Positions 13,745 to 28,859 of a stretch of 64,000 nucleotides of DNA are shown one piece after another. This DNA comes from Eledone cirrhosa (lineage: Eukaryota): NCBI GenBank assembly GCA_964016885.1, contig OZ024740.1:152644001-152708000 (forward strand), read 5' to 3'. Every line of letters starts with the position of its first letter. The first letter of the stretch is position 1. Under the pieces are notes generated by a model. That model was not told the DNA's origin. It did no database searches and saw only the letters and a program-made list of their open reading frames with translations. The translations under genes and the position numbers were made by a program.

Positions 13745-15889
13745 ATTGAGAGGGAAAATTATTTTTAAAAATAGTTTTATAATGTATATAAAGTATTACC
13801 GGTTTCGATGTATTATTAAAATTCATCTTATCAAATGTTGAGTATTGCAATTAAAAAGAATTAATAAGAATTAAAAACTAAAAATTAAAGATTTAAAATT
13901 AAGAGGTAAGTTTTTTTTCATCTTCCTTGCTGAGAAGGAGACTGGAGAATGAACTCTTGTATGGTCATAAAGTAGCAGCAGCAGTGGTGGTAGGTGTGTT
14001 TCTTCACAGAACAAAATTATTTTGGGGGGACAAAGGAAATATTCTGTAAATATGTGTGTATATCTCGATTGTGTTAATGGACTGTTCGAGAGCTCAGATG
14101 GTGGTGGGGGGTATTGTAAGCTAGAGACAAATTCTATGGCAACAGTAGGATTGTAAAAGAAATTCTATTTTTGGAATAAGGCTTTAGGGAGTGTGTGTAG
14201 TTTGAGAGTGTATTTATAAAAATACATACATGTGTGTGGGGGAGTGTGGTGTATGTGTGTGTGCTTCAGCCTGTCTGTCACAGGTCCCTTTGTGGTGGGA
14301 AATAAAAAAAAAGAGCAGAGCATCTGTGGTGGCTTTCAATCAGGAATTTTTGGAAAACATGTAAATGAGCAATTTTTCCTCTCTTATATCGTGGTGTGTG
14401 GGGGGGGGGGTCTAACGGGGTTGATTACATATTTAATTTTGGTTTAAATTTGTTAATAAATAGTTTTTATTTATTTATTCTTTGTTGTTGACATTTGTAA
14501 AGGGTGAAGATTTTAAAGTTGGGTTGGGTCATTCCTGCACAATCTGCAATGTGGCTACTTAAGAGCATTTTTCTTGTGTTTACGTCTCAGATTTGTTGGC
14601 GATGGATGGCCATTCTTTTGACCATCCATCACATCGGTCTGTCCTATATAGTTATGTCGACAGCCACCGCATGTGATTACGAGTTGCAAGTGAAGTTGTT
14701 TTTCACCGTGAAAGATTGGCCATCTTTAAACGTGAATTTTTTGTCCTTCAATTAAGTATGGGCATGTGCCACAGTTTGTTCTTCCGCATTTTGTTACCAT
14801 AAGGCTGGAGATTGGTTTGTGTATCTTTGATCCAGTGAGAATATGTTTTAGTGATTTAGGTTGCTTTTACTTTTAATGATCTTGTCTGTTTCTCAGATTT
14901 TTTCATTTTTTTCATCTTTAAATAGAATGGGGAGATTTGTGTGTAGGAGGTCGAACATTTCGGTGTTTCTTGGGTTGAAAGTGGATACATATGGTAAGGT
15001 ATTGTTCTTGGTTCTATGCTTTGGGTTGTTGGGTTGATGAAAATTTGCGTGTTTTGCTCTGTAGAAAATTTGCGTGTTTTGCTATTCCGTAAGATAAGTG
15101 TGTTTTTAGTTCATTTAGTCTTTGTTCCCGTTTAGCTGGGTCTGATACTATGGTGCATATACGTTTGGCTAAATTAAAAGGAATGTTAAGTTTTGTATGT
15201 TTAGGGTGATTTGATGTAAAGAGGAGGTAGTGTTTGGAGTCCGGGGGTTTATAAATGATGTCTATTTCTATTTTCCCACATGTTTTTAAAATAAGGATCT
15301 CCAAGAAGGCTAATTCCTTGGAGTTGAATTCCATTGTGAATTGCATGTTATTGTTAATGCTGTTTATCATATTTTTGAAAAGAGTGAGTGTATTCATGTC
15401 TTCCAGCCATAGTATAAAGCAATCGTCTAGGTATCTCTTCTAATTATTTTTGAGATGTGTAAGGAAAGAATCTCCGAATAATAGAAGGGATTGGTTGTAG
15501 ATTTGTTGTTTGTGGAATCCCATGACTAAGTTGGCGTATGTGGGGGCTACCTTTGTGCCGATTTCAGTACATGAGATTTGTCGATATGTTGAATCATTGA
15601 AAGTAAAAATAATTATTCTGTAAGATAAAACGGAGTCCATCAATAATGAATTTTTTGATTGATGCGCTTTGGTATTTCAGATTGGTGAGTGTCAAGTCAG
15701 TACTGGATTGATTATTCCAGGTAGAGGTTTACTACGTCAAAGGATACAAGAATAGTGTTTTCACTTACTGTTTTGGGTAGGTGGTTCAGCATATCAAGGT
15801 CATCCAGTATGTAGTTCTATATATGTTTTAGTAAGGGCTTTAGTAGAATGTCCAGGCAGTTGGTAAGTGGGTTTCACACGCACGGCCTG

Positions 15890-15890
<1 letters not shown>
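13745..15890 (-). mobile_element. 5'-truncated decayed Penelope-like element (RT + GIY-YIG + 3' region)
   Basis: GTKVAPTYANLVMG, RYLDDCF, QFTMEFNSKELAFLEIL, KLNIPFNLAKRICTIVS; 5' end abuts (TA)n at 15891. Confidence 0.88.
13793..13838 (-). ncRNA. HHR (U3-A8 variant, weak stem I) at 3' end of second PLE
   Basis: Minus strand: TTGATAA-GATG..CATC-GAAACCGGTA. Confidence 0.6.
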
Positions 15891-15966
<76 letters not shown>

Positions 15967-16009
15967 CTTGGGGAGGGTCGTATTGTTGTAATAATATTGC
16001 CAGAAATAA

Positions 16010-16192
16010 TTGTTTCTATTTTTTGGCACAAGGCCAGCAATAACTCAGTACATTACTGGTACTTTATTTTATCGACCCCGTAGGGATGAAAATCAAAGTT
16101 AACCTGGGCGGTATTTGAACTCAGATCATAAAGGGACGTAACTCTATGCTTCAAAGCATGGTGTCTGACTCTCTACTGATACTGCTAATCCA
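16010..16192 (-). mobile_element. SINE copy (dominant family)
   Basis: Reverse complement of SINE core. Confidence 0.8.
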
Positions 16193-16343
16193 CGAAATAA
16201 TAACAGAACACACTCAGTGTTTGGTTGGTTTTCGCTTCTGTATCTTTTATATCTCCATAGTTAATTTATTTGGCAATCGATGTTTATCATTGATTGACCA
16301 ACGGTTAAAAGTACAGATATAAATATACATATATATAGTCTAT

Positions 16344-16413
<70 letters not shown>

Positions 16414-16419
<6 letters not shown>

Positions 16420-17096
16420 TATGAAGAGAGAAGAAACATTTAGATATAATTAGTAATAAAATGTATCATACCTAAACTGCTCCTAGATTCCTCGACTACG
16501 TAGTTTCGTGGCATAAACAAAAACAATACATCATAAAGATGTAGAGTCCTTGCGAGGTCTGCCGACTTATCAAGAGGATACCTCATTTTACTAGTCTCAA
16601 GAACGCGTCTACACGACGTGAGAAAGAATCCCAAAAGGCGGAGGGGGAGATAGTCACGCGATATAACGGTCGAGAAACAGAGCTAAGCCTCTTATAACCC
16701 CGAAGAAAATACCACGGAGGCGGAGGGGGTATTTATATCGAAGCCGTAGAAGAGGTGGTGAAGGGGGCGAGAAGTATGAGTAATGGAAGCTTTCCAGCAG
16801 TCCCCACACTTCAAAGATTGCTCGACCAGAGGGAGTTATTAACAATATATTTAGAAACACACAGATACATGCGGACACACACATATACATGAATGCATCC
16901 GCACCCAACCGTGAGTTAAGGGTGCCAACTTCACCGATGTTGCTCAATGAATGACTGGGACAGACCAATCCGGTTGAACTAGACTGAACCAGTATCAGAG
17001 TTAAAAATACATTATGAAAAGAGAAGAAACATTTAGATATAATTAGTAATAAAATGTATCATACCTAAACTGCTCCTAGATTCCTCGACTACGTAG

Positions 17097-17100
<4 letters not shown>
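16414..17100 (-). mobile_element. Non-autonomous HHR element (~593-bp unit with ~94-bp terminal direct repeat) embedded in (TA)n
   Basis: 16414-16507 repeated at 17007-17100; (TA)n on both sides; contains an HHR. Confidence 0.8.
16489..16578 (-). ncRNA. Type I HHR (U3-A8 variant)
   Basis: Minus strand TCCTC-TTGATAA-GTCGGCA...TGCCAC-GAAACTACGTAGTC-GAGGA; palindromic stem III ACTACGTAGT, GUC triplet. Confidence 0.8.
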
Positions 17101-17127
<27 letters not shown>

Positions 17128-17292
17128 AAGAAAAGCAATTTTCGCTCTACATGGCTGAATACAATAAATGTAATCTGAGTTTTCGAATGTTAATAATAAC
17201 ATTCGATTCGTTTGCAATTATACAAACAAGTCTCATTTTTATAGCCATGTCAGTAGAATGAACACTTCATTCTTGCTGACATGTAAACAGAA

Positions 17293-17336
17293 CTGCAGAC
17301 ACTAATGTTTCTGGGTATCACCCTTCATCAGTACAG
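17293..17336 (-). ncRNA. Type I HHR within a ~410-bp element (17128-17538) between (TA)n tracts
   Basis: Minus strand CTGTA-CTGATGA-AGGGT gat ACCCA-GAAACATTAGTGTC-TGCAG. Confidence 0.82.
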
Positions 17337-17534
17337 CTGACTGTTCACCTGCCAACTGCCAGAGCTCGTGAAAATATATGCTATTTTCTAAATTATACAG
17401 TGACTGATCGGCCTAATTTGCATATTAGCAGATTGGCTGATCAGTCAGATTTGTATATTAGCAGACTGGCCAGTTAGTTTCCTGTATACGAGCGATAAAT
17501 GGCCGGCTTTGCCACATTCAAATAAAGAAAAAGA

Positions 17535-17585
<51 letters not shown>

Positions 17586-17689
17586 CGTATGTATGTGTGC
17601 ATACATACTTATTGCATGTGTGAATCTGTAAGGTTTGACTTGTGCATGTGAGCATGAATATGCTTATATGCTTGTATGTCAATACGTGA

Positions 17690-17890
17690 ATATAATGTAC
17701 AATCTACAGGCTAAAATCCCTCAAAATTTTACATATTTTCCCACTTTCATTAATGAATAGAACATTCCTTATTTGATATGGCGTTTAAGCTACTGGTGAC
17801 AAGACAGTTAGTTACATTACGAAATCTCCCTATAATCACAGGAATAATTCTGAAGTTATAGCCCAAGTAGAGTATCCGAAGATTACTCAT
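17690..17890 (-). mobile_element. Short old R4/Dong-like 3' fragment
   Basis: Similar to 12320-12520 (LGYNFRIIPVIIG). Confidence 0.45.
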
Positions 17891-18199
17891 TTCATCAGCA
17901 TGATTTGATTTTATATTGCTTTAACGATTATGTTTCTATCTGCCGATAAACTGATTTCCACTACTGTATGTACGTATCTACGTATGTATATATGCATATC
18001 TGTCTATCTGTATGTATTATGTATATATGTATGTATGCATGCACGTATGTATGTATGCATGTATGTATGTATGTATGTATGTATGTATGTATGTATGTAT
18101 GTATGTATGTATGTATGTATGTATGTATATATGTATGTATGTTTGAATGTATGTATGTATGCACTTCTGGTTTATTATTTTATACATTTTCACCAAGAG

Positions 18200-19680
<1,481 letters not shown>

Positions 19681-19799
19681 TACCACCGGCGAAGTTTTAT
19701 TTTAAGTGGTAAAATTCTTGCGATAATTTGTTTAAGTTAATCATACGCACTTGCACAAGCAACTGAAAAAAAAATATCACGAGATAGAGAAAACAAAGA

Positions 19800-20480
19800 T
19801 GCTAGAAATGTTAGTTGAAACTCCGAATAAATTTGTTTAATCGACCCGAGATGATGCAGATGCTATATGTAGATTGGAAAATAGATGTTGAAACTGCGTT
19901 CAAGTCAATGTCGGCCACAAACACCTTGGATAGCTCTGAAGATTATACAGTGTCAGACTGAATTATGTACCTCGTCGTTCCGTCGATGCAAGAGTTTTGT
20001 CAAGAGATGATGACAAAAGCCTCCCAAAATGCTATTCAGAAAGTCATTAAGAACTGAATTCCACCAAAAGGTGTCAAGTATGCAAACAATATTAAAAGCT
20101 CAAAACTATTTGATAGAAACTGGATTGAAGAAAAGGCTTGGGAAAGTGAGTTGGAAGATGAAAGTGAATCATCTGAGAATATTTGGGATGTGGTTGACCC
20201 ATCTGGAGAAACCCCCATGGAGGTTTTGCAGGAACCAGAGCACTGTTTGCCAAACATGATGACGGAAAGCTCTATCTCTCTTGTAGGAATCAACAGTGAT
20301 GATCAGGTTAATAAAGTTGCCCTGTTCCTTGAAAAAATACAGGTGTTGGATCAGTACGAGATCTCTACACTTTTTTCTTGCCATTTCGGAACAAATTCAT
20401 GGCAACCGTCAGTGAAGCTTGCCGATCCGTAAAGAAGCGAATATAGAAACCTCAGAAGCCTGCAGAAGGACTTGGACGAA
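19800..20480 (+). pseudogene. Degenerate coding remnant of unknown origin (possibly a DNA transposase C-terminus)
   Basis: Mostly open frame with scattered stops (QEFCQEMMTKASQNAIQKVIKN*IPPKGVKYANNIK...ESELEDESES); no recognised motif. Confidence 0.3.
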
Positions 20481-21251
20481 AGATGATGAGTCTGTCATTC
20501 ATGTCTATTTACGAAGGCATAATAAAACATAACACAATTAATAGAACAAGTTCACGAAATACTAATCGTATTCTTTTCGTTGTGTTTTACTTTTCTTTCT
20601 TTTTAAATGCTGAAGCAGTTATGGTTAACTCATGATGTACAGATCCACAACCTATGGGAGAAAGAATAACAATGTTCCAGTCTGGTAGTTGAATATTTGT
20701 CAAAGATCACTAAAACTGGATTGCTGGAACTGTCTTTAAAAGGTGGGTATACTAAAGTGGAAACATGTTAATCAACCATGCCTACATAAAAGCTTCACAC
20801 CAATCCCTGAACAACGCTCACTAGACTTTAGTATTCTGGTGAATACCTTTGAATTGAAGACCACTAAAGTCACCATTTCCTCTACATCTATTACAGTTAA
20901 CCCGATCGAAACAGAAAGAAAGTGGTTCCATTTCATGTTGATCCATAGAGGCAGATTTGCAATAAGCATCCAAATGTTGTGGCGGGGGATATCGGGAATG
21001 TCAGATTTCTGAGAATAAAGAAAGTATTAAAAAACTAATCCTAGAATTGTCTTTTCTTCGTTAATTAGCCACATGATGTGTTGTGCAGATTGCCATTACC
21101 TGCATGGCATTTTTTTGCCACGTTGCAAGGTCAGGCTATAAAGAGAGTAACCAACCGTTGAGGGAGGCGTGCTTCACTCCAGTGTTGTACATTGTTGTGT
21201 TGCTATAAAGTTTTGCATACGCCTATCTGATTTTTCTTTCTTCATTATTGA

Positions 21252-21475
21252 GTGGGGTGAATTGGCAGAATCGGTACAGCGTCGGACAAAATGCTTTGCG
21301 GTATTTAGTTATGGCCCTTTACGTTCTGAGTTCAAATTCCATCGAGGTTAGCTTTGCCTTTCATCCTTACGGGGTCAATAAAATAAAGTACTAATAACGC
21401 ACTGGAATCGATTTAGTTGCTTTTCCCCCTCCCTTCAAATTGCTGTCCCTGTGTTAATTGTAGAAGCAATTATTA
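21252..21475 (+). mobile_element. Full-length-type SINE copy
   Basis: GGGGTGAATTGGCAGAATCGGTA head, GAGTTCAAATTCC B-box-like motif, core, ATT tail. Confidence 0.8.
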
Positions 21476-24139
21476 AGGGATTCAGTAGTAAAATATAACA
21501 GTGTATGTGTTCTTGCAAACGTGTATGTATTCTTGTATACGTGTGTGTGACGGATGGTCAGTCATGTGAAGGTATTTCGTTTACGGTTAAGCATGTCATT
21601 TTTTGAAAATTTGATAGTGTATGCGTATGCGCACATGTGTGAGAAAGATAGAGAGAGACGAATAAAGATTGGTGAAATAAGTCCCATACTTGGAAAAATT
21701 GTACTTGGATCGACTAGATCGCCTCCAATGCAGCTCCCTATATTCATCGTAGTCCCCTCGCGTTTATCGCAGTAATTCTTTAATTTAATTTAGTGTTTAA
21801 ATCTTTGGTGTTACGGTTCTGAGACTTTTTTTAATTGTGTTTGTCTTTAAATAAATCATTATTTTTTGTGATAGATTCTTCTCTGTCCATGATTGCAAAT
21901 ATATTACTTTTGTCGCTCTTATCTTTTTATGCTATCATATAGTAATTGCATCATATTTGAGCTTCTTGTTGAGAATTCCTTCGTTTGTTGGTGTCAGTTT
22001 CATTGCATTCCCCTCAAAGTAAGTCATGCAGTTAATTATCCATGTTTATACGGTTTTATCCCTCAGATTTTATTCAGTAATTTGATTTTAACTTTTTTCT
22101 TGTGGTAGTTATATTTCGGTTGCATGTGGAAATCAGTTACCAGCTTAACGAGTGTACGTTAGTGTATACTATTGTAAGCTGAGAAACATTTTGTATTTTA
22201 TCAACAGATACGTATATATTGTTTACTAAGTGTGTTTTGATGGTTTTTCTGTTTCTTTCTTTAACACGAAACAAAACAACAACTTATAAACAAGTTTAAA
22301 CTTTACTAATAATATTACAAAGGATTCACAAAAACGTCGTAGAAAATGTTGACTGTAGAGTTATATATAATTTTGTGATAATTCAGAAATACGTAAGAAG
22401 AGAATACACAGAAAAAATAAAATCAGACACTGTTTCGAGATCCAAACAAGTATACAATGTTGATGAAATTGAGATATTCTGAAAACGGAGGCTTGAATAT
22501 TTTTTTTTCCGTGAAGATACAAAAGCACTTTAGCTTTAATACTTCTAAAACTACTCTGATAGTTTCTTCTAACAGGACATGCTCTAGGTGTTATCAAATT
22601 AGCGCATCTACGCATATATCACTCTCAAAATCCAAGGGCTTTCAAGAGCGATGGTATGTTTAATTTACGTTTGATTTTGCGTTCCAATAAGAAAGCATTG
22701 TGCGGCTCAGACCCTTTTAAAAAAACTGATTTACAAACATTGATTGTCATAGGTGTGGAACGTTACTGAGCCAGATTATTTAAAATAAAGCATTGCTCGC
22801 GTTAGATAATACAACAAGTCACCCAATGAACGTAGATTATCTTTAGTTTAACGTGAAAGAAGTATATTTTTCCAAGTAGACAACTTATATGTCCACGCAA
22901 TGAAATTTAGCAGAAATGTTGGTTGTGGTGGTGTTGATGTTGGCTGATGTATTGTAGTGTTTTAAGCGTTAATTAGTGTTGGAAAAACGGTCGAGAGAAA
23001 CAATAAATTGAGACAGACAAATAAGGGAATTGAACTGCTAAGTTATGTTTTATTTGTACTATGGAATGCGACGAAACCATGCAGCAAAATATAACAAAAG
23101 ATATTCATAAAAAGTCCTGATATATGTGTTTCGTCAACACATTGCTAATTGTAATGTTCACAGGTAATAGTATTTTGTTGCAATGTGTGAAGTGAAAGTG
23201 TTAATGCGGATATGTTGGGTGAGGTAAGAAATCGTCTTGGTGAGGGTCATGCTTTGATTTATCTGTGAGAGCAAAGAATATTAGCGACTACCAGAGCCAA
23301 AGTCTCTTATACAATATCAGAGAGGAAACAGAGCGAGCGCAAATAGAAAGAAACGTGACTGAAGCTGGGTTACTTTGGGCTTAAATATCTGTACCCCATA
23401 GCTATTTCTGGTACAAAAGTGAGCTTCAGTACAAGAGGATATAGAAGATCCCATCGCAACTCCACGTAAGTTAAAGACAAACATTGCAAACTCCACGCAG
23501 GTTAACTACAAACAATATGGCTAAACGGTTTTCACTTATAAAGGAAAGTCTACAACTGTTTGCTGATATACGATCGGAAACGTGAACGTATTATAAAAAT
23601 TACAAATGGACCTCATAATTAATTCAATTTTTACACTGAAAAATGTAGAAAAATGCGGTGCACCGTAAACGACAAGACTTATGTATATGCTTTTTTTACC
23701 CTCAAACAGATATAGATAAAGTAATAGTTTTAATACATTAACTCTCCTCAAATAGTAATCAGCATCTTTTGTGATGAGAAACTAACTTAGTAAAATATTA
23801 CGATTCTTATTTATTCCTTAATGTATTTCACTACAAATGTTATTTTTCTGTACACATTACTGCGGGTGTTATGTTACAAACTGATATTTTCATGTATAAA
23901 ATTGGTTTATTACTTGGATATTATATTCTTCCTCGATAAGGACACTGACTGTGTCCTGAGAATTTTGACAAACGAATAAATCATTTAATTAGTATATTAA
24001 TTAACTAATTAGTTAATTAGTAATAAGTGGGATGTGAGATACAACGAATGGAATTTATTGGTTGCATGGTTTTCCAAAATTATATTATATTATATATATA
24101 TATGTATATACACACAAAGACATGTATATGTACATTTAA

Positions 24140-24202
24140 ATATATATATATATATATATGCGCTTGAGTGTGTGTGTGTATATATATAATATATATATAT
24201 AA

Positions 24203-24243
<41 letters not shown>

Positions 24244-24336
24244 ATATGTATCTATGTATATATATATATATATATAAATATATATACATAATATATATAT
24301 GTATGTATATATATATATGTATACATAATATATATG

Positions 24337-24434
<98 letters not shown>

Positions 24435-24451
24435 ATATATATGTATATATA

Positions 24452-24493
<42 letters not shown>

Positions 24494-24524
24494 ATATATA
24501 TGTATGTATGTATATATATACATA

Positions 24525-24559
<35 letters not shown>

Positions 24560-24655
24560 TGTATGTATGTATGTATGTATGTATATATATATATACACAT
24601 AATATATATGTATGTATGTATATATATATATATACATACATACATATATATTATG

Positions 24656-24680
<25 letters not shown>
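24140..24680. repeat. Compound (TA)n/(TATG)n microsatellite
   Basis: Direct reading. Confidence 0.95.
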
Positions 24681-24686
<6 letters not shown>

Positions 24687-24732
24687 CGTAAAATAAGAAA
24701 ATTATATAATAAACTTACTTACTAAAATATCA

Positions 24733-24812
24733 CTTCCAATTAATTAGTTTCTGGAATGGAATAAATATATTTTCCGAAGAAAACACAGAGAATCATTCCG
24801 TCGTCAGGGAAG
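24733..24812 (-). ncRNA. Type I HHR, array copy A
   Basis: Minus strand CTTCC-CTGACGA-CGGAATG...CATTCCA-GAAACTAATTAATT-GGAAG. Confidence 0.8.
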
Positions 24813-25596
24813 ACTATTCTCATCTAAGTATCCAGGCAAAGCGTGGACTCTGGAAACTTATTAAAAAATAATTCAGTGGATAGAAAATAGCAAAGCGTGG
24901 ACTGAATTCCTAGCTATTGAGAAAATCACTGCCTCTGCGTCGGTGGCTAATTCAAAAAGAATCAATCACGTGACATCGAGGTCAATCAGTGGAAAGTGGT
25001 TTGCTAATAAGACAGCGGCCTGCCTGCTACCATAGCAGCAGTCATGGCCAATATTGCTCGACGAATAATTTGGAGATAATTATAAATAATTAATATCTAG
25101 TAACATATATATACATACAGATGCATATCAATGCTAGCAAATATATAGGTTTTGTCTTAGTAACAGTGTGGTTCAATGCATGGGGTTGCAGAACAATAAT
25201 ATGAGAGACGTAAAATAAGAAAATTATAAAATTAACTTACTTACTAAAATATCACTTCCAACTAATTAGTTTCTGGAATGGAATAAATATATTTTCCGAA
25301 GAAAACATATTTTACGTCTCTCATATTATTGTTCTGCAATCCCATGCATTGAACCACAAAGTTACTAAGACAAAACCTATATATTTGCTAGCATTGATAT
25401 GCATCTGTATGTATATATATGTTACTAGATATTAATTCTTTATAATTATCTCCAAATTATTTGTCGAGCAATATTGGCAGTGATTTTCTCAATGGCTAGG
25501 AATTCAGTCCACGCTTTGCTATTTTCTATCCACTGAATTATTTTTTAATAAGTTTCCAGATTCCACGCTTTGCCTGGATACTTAGATGAGAATAGT

Positions 25597-25676
25597 CTTC
25601 CCTGAGGATGGAATGATTCTCAATGTTTTCTTCGGAAAATATATTTATTCCATTCCAGAAACTAATTAGTTGGAAG
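25597..25676 (+). ncRNA. Type I HHR, array copy B
   Basis: CTTCC-CTGAGGA-TGGAATG...(cUUCGg hairpin)...CATTCCA-GAAACTAATTAGTT-GGAAG. Confidence 0.85.
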
Positions 25677-26118
25677 TGATATTTTAGTAAGTAAGTTAAT
25701 TTTATAATTTTCTTATTTTACGTCTCTCATATTATTGTTCTGCAACCCCATGCATTGAACCAGAAAGTTACTAAGACAAAACCTATATATTTGCTAGCAT
25801 TGATATGCATCTGTATATATATATATGTTACTAGATATTAATTCTTTATAATTATCTCCAAATTATTTGTCGAGCAATATTGGCCATGACTGCTGGTATG
25901 GTAGCAGGCAGGCCGCTGTCTTATTAGCAAATCACTTTCCACTGATTGACATCGGTGTCACGTGATTGATTCTTTTTGAATTAGCCACCGACGGAGAGGC
26001 AGTGATTTTTTCAATGGCTAGGAATTCAGTCCACGCTTTGCTATTTTCTATCCACTGAATTATTTTTTAATAAGTTTCCAGAGTCCACGCTTTGCCTGGA
26101 TACTTAGATGAGAATAGT

Positions 26119-26198
26119 CTTCCCTGAGGACGGAATGATTCTCAATGTTTTCTTCGGAAAATATATTTATTCCATTCCAGAAACTAATTAGTTGGAAG
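26119..26198 (+). ncRNA. Type I HHR, array copy C
   Basis: Same motif; palindromic stem III ACTAATTAGT, GUU triplet. Confidence 0.85.
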
Positions 26199-26640
26199 TG
26201 ATATTTTAGTAAGTAAGTTAATTTTATAATTTTCTTATTTTGCGTCTCTCATATTATTGTTCTGCAACCCCATGCATTGAACCACAAAGTTACTAAGACA
26301 AAACCTATATATTTGCTAGCATTGATATGCATCTGTATGTATATATATGTTACTAGATATTAATTCTTTATAATTATCTCCAAATTATTTTTCGAGCAAT
26401 ATTGGCTATGACTGCTGGTATGGTAGCAGGCAGGCCGCTGTCTTATTAGCAAATCACTTTCCACTGATTGACATCGGTGTCACGTGATTGATTCTTTTTG
26501 AATTAGCCACCGACGGAGAGGCAGTGATTTTCTCAATGGCTAGGAATTCAGTCCACGCTTTGCTATTTTCTATCCACTGAATTATTTTTTAATAAGTTTC
26601 CAGAGTCCACGCTTTGCCTGGATACTTAGATGAGAATAGT

Positions 26641-26720
26641 CTTCCCTGAGGACGGAATGATTCTCAATGTTTTCTTCGGAAAATATATTTATTCCATTCC
26701 AGAAACTAATTAATTGGAAG
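26641..26720 (+). ncRNA. Type I HHR, array copy D
   Basis: Same motif with the AUU triplet variant shared with copy A. Confidence 0.8.
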
Positions 26721-26887
26721 TGATATTTTAGTAAGTAAGTTAATTTTATAATTTTCTTATTTTACGTCTCTCATATTATTGTTCTGCAACCCCATGCATT
26801 GAACCACAAAGTTACTAAGACAAAACCTATATATTTGCTAGCATTGATATGCATCTGTATGTATATATATGTTATTAGATATTAATT

Positions 26888-26962
<75 letters not shown>

Positions 26963-26983
26963 CATACATACATGCATACATAC

Positions 26984-27099
<116 letters not shown>

Positions 27100-27222
27100 G
27101 GAGGTGAGTTTTATTGTAGTACAATAAAGCAATGCAGATATCGGATAAGAAGCACTCTACAGTTTGTAGGACTGGAGTATACATAATATATAAGATCAAA
27201 AGATGGTTAAATGAGTTCCATG

Positions 27223-27293
27223 TATTTTATTATGCGCATTTCAAAAACAAATATCATCATGCAATAACATTTGTGTTTTCATCAGATAAAATA
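27223..27293 (-). ncRNA. Type I HHR (left arm of foldback 27183-27476)
   Basis: Reverse complement of 27366-27436. Confidence 0.85.
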
Positions 27294-27365
27294 GGTTGAT
27301 TTAACATATGTTGATTTAAAACTGCACTATCCACAAGTGTTTTTAACCTTCATATCGTGTCCTCC

Positions 27366-27436
27366 TATTTTATCTGATGAAAACACAAATGTTATTGCAT
27401 GATGATATTTGTTTTTGAAATGCGCATAATAAAATA
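27366..27436 (+). ncRNA. Type I HHR (right arm of foldback)
   Basis: TATTTTAT-CTGATGA-long stem II-GAAATGCGCATA-ATAAAATA; palindromic ATGCGCAT, AUA triplet. Confidence 0.87.
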
Positions 27437-27543
27437 TATGGAACACATTTAACCATCTTTTGATCTTATATATTATATATATATATATATACATACACAC
27501 ATATATATTATGTATATATATATATATATACACACATATATAT

Positions 27544-27584
<41 letters not shown>

Positions 27585-27649
27585 AACGTTGAGACAGCAG
27601 TTACATAAAAATGATTATGGAACTTCCGTCTTAACCTTTATTTCACACA

Positions 27650-28097
<448 letters not shown>

Positions 28098-28859
28098 ACG
28101 AGTAGGACCCTGACGACTGAGCTCAAGCCGTTCGACGGCTAATTCTGAACTAAATAAAAAATGTTATCCTGGTATTTGAATAGCCGAGCTTCTCAGGGGG
28201 TAATTCCATATATGGTAAAAGTGATTGTCACAAGGATTTGTTAAAAGTTTGTTGTTGAGACATAATAATTCTATCATGGCAATTTGTGGAGGGAAGGCGT
28301 AGCTGAACCTGCCAGTAGAAGAAAGAGGGAGAGGGAGTGGAGGAAACCCAGTAGTGGTGCGTTGATAGTGCCAAATTTAGCTGGGCATGAGGTCAAAGAA
28401 GATTCTAGGGGGGTAGGGGGAGGAAGTCGAAACAATAAGTAAAACAATATGGGGTAAATATATAGAGAAATAACGAGAGTGTTAAAAAACAATTAAATGT
28501 AAAAAAAAACAATTTCTGGTTACTATAACTAAGGACAGCTATCAAATCTCTCACTGGTACTGCTAGACTAAAGAAAGGTTTACTAGGTGGGACGGAATTA
28601 TAATGAGACCCTTTTAAGAGGTATAAGTAAACAACCGAATATATCTTACGGTGACGGGTCAACAAGTGGGGGGCCAAAATACTAAAGAGTCCCGAGACCA
28701 CTACGAATTAAAGGTTTCTACCCCAGGCACAAGGCCAGCAACCACCCAGTGCAAAAAAAATAAACTCTCTGTTTCTCCCCTTCTCACTTCCTCCCGTTCG
28801 TTAGGAGTGGGATTCTTTCTTTCTTACATCCCATTCATGTCGAAAGGTCTGTATTCTGA

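Larger units (their letters stand above)
24681..26891. mobile_element. Retrozyme-like array of 522-bp units: ~1.2 units on the minus strand (24681-25308) fused to ~3.2 tandem units on the plus strand (25309-26891), flanked by (TA)n
   Basis: HHRs recur at 25597, 26119 and 26641 (period 522); inversion junction at 25308/25309; first plus unit has a 116-bp deletion; no ORF. Confidence 0.92.

Noticed and set aside
23925-23965. TCGATAA-GGACAC/GTGTCC hairpin resembling an HHR
   Set aside because: GAAA is mutated and there is no stem I or stem III
24681-26891. CRISPR array or LTR retrotransposon interpretation
   Set aside because: Units are 522 bp with no unique spacers, no TG..CA ends and no ORF; the HHR tandem interpretation fits better
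28105-28200. CCCTGACGA with nearby hairpins
   Set aside because: No correctly placed GAAA or stem III
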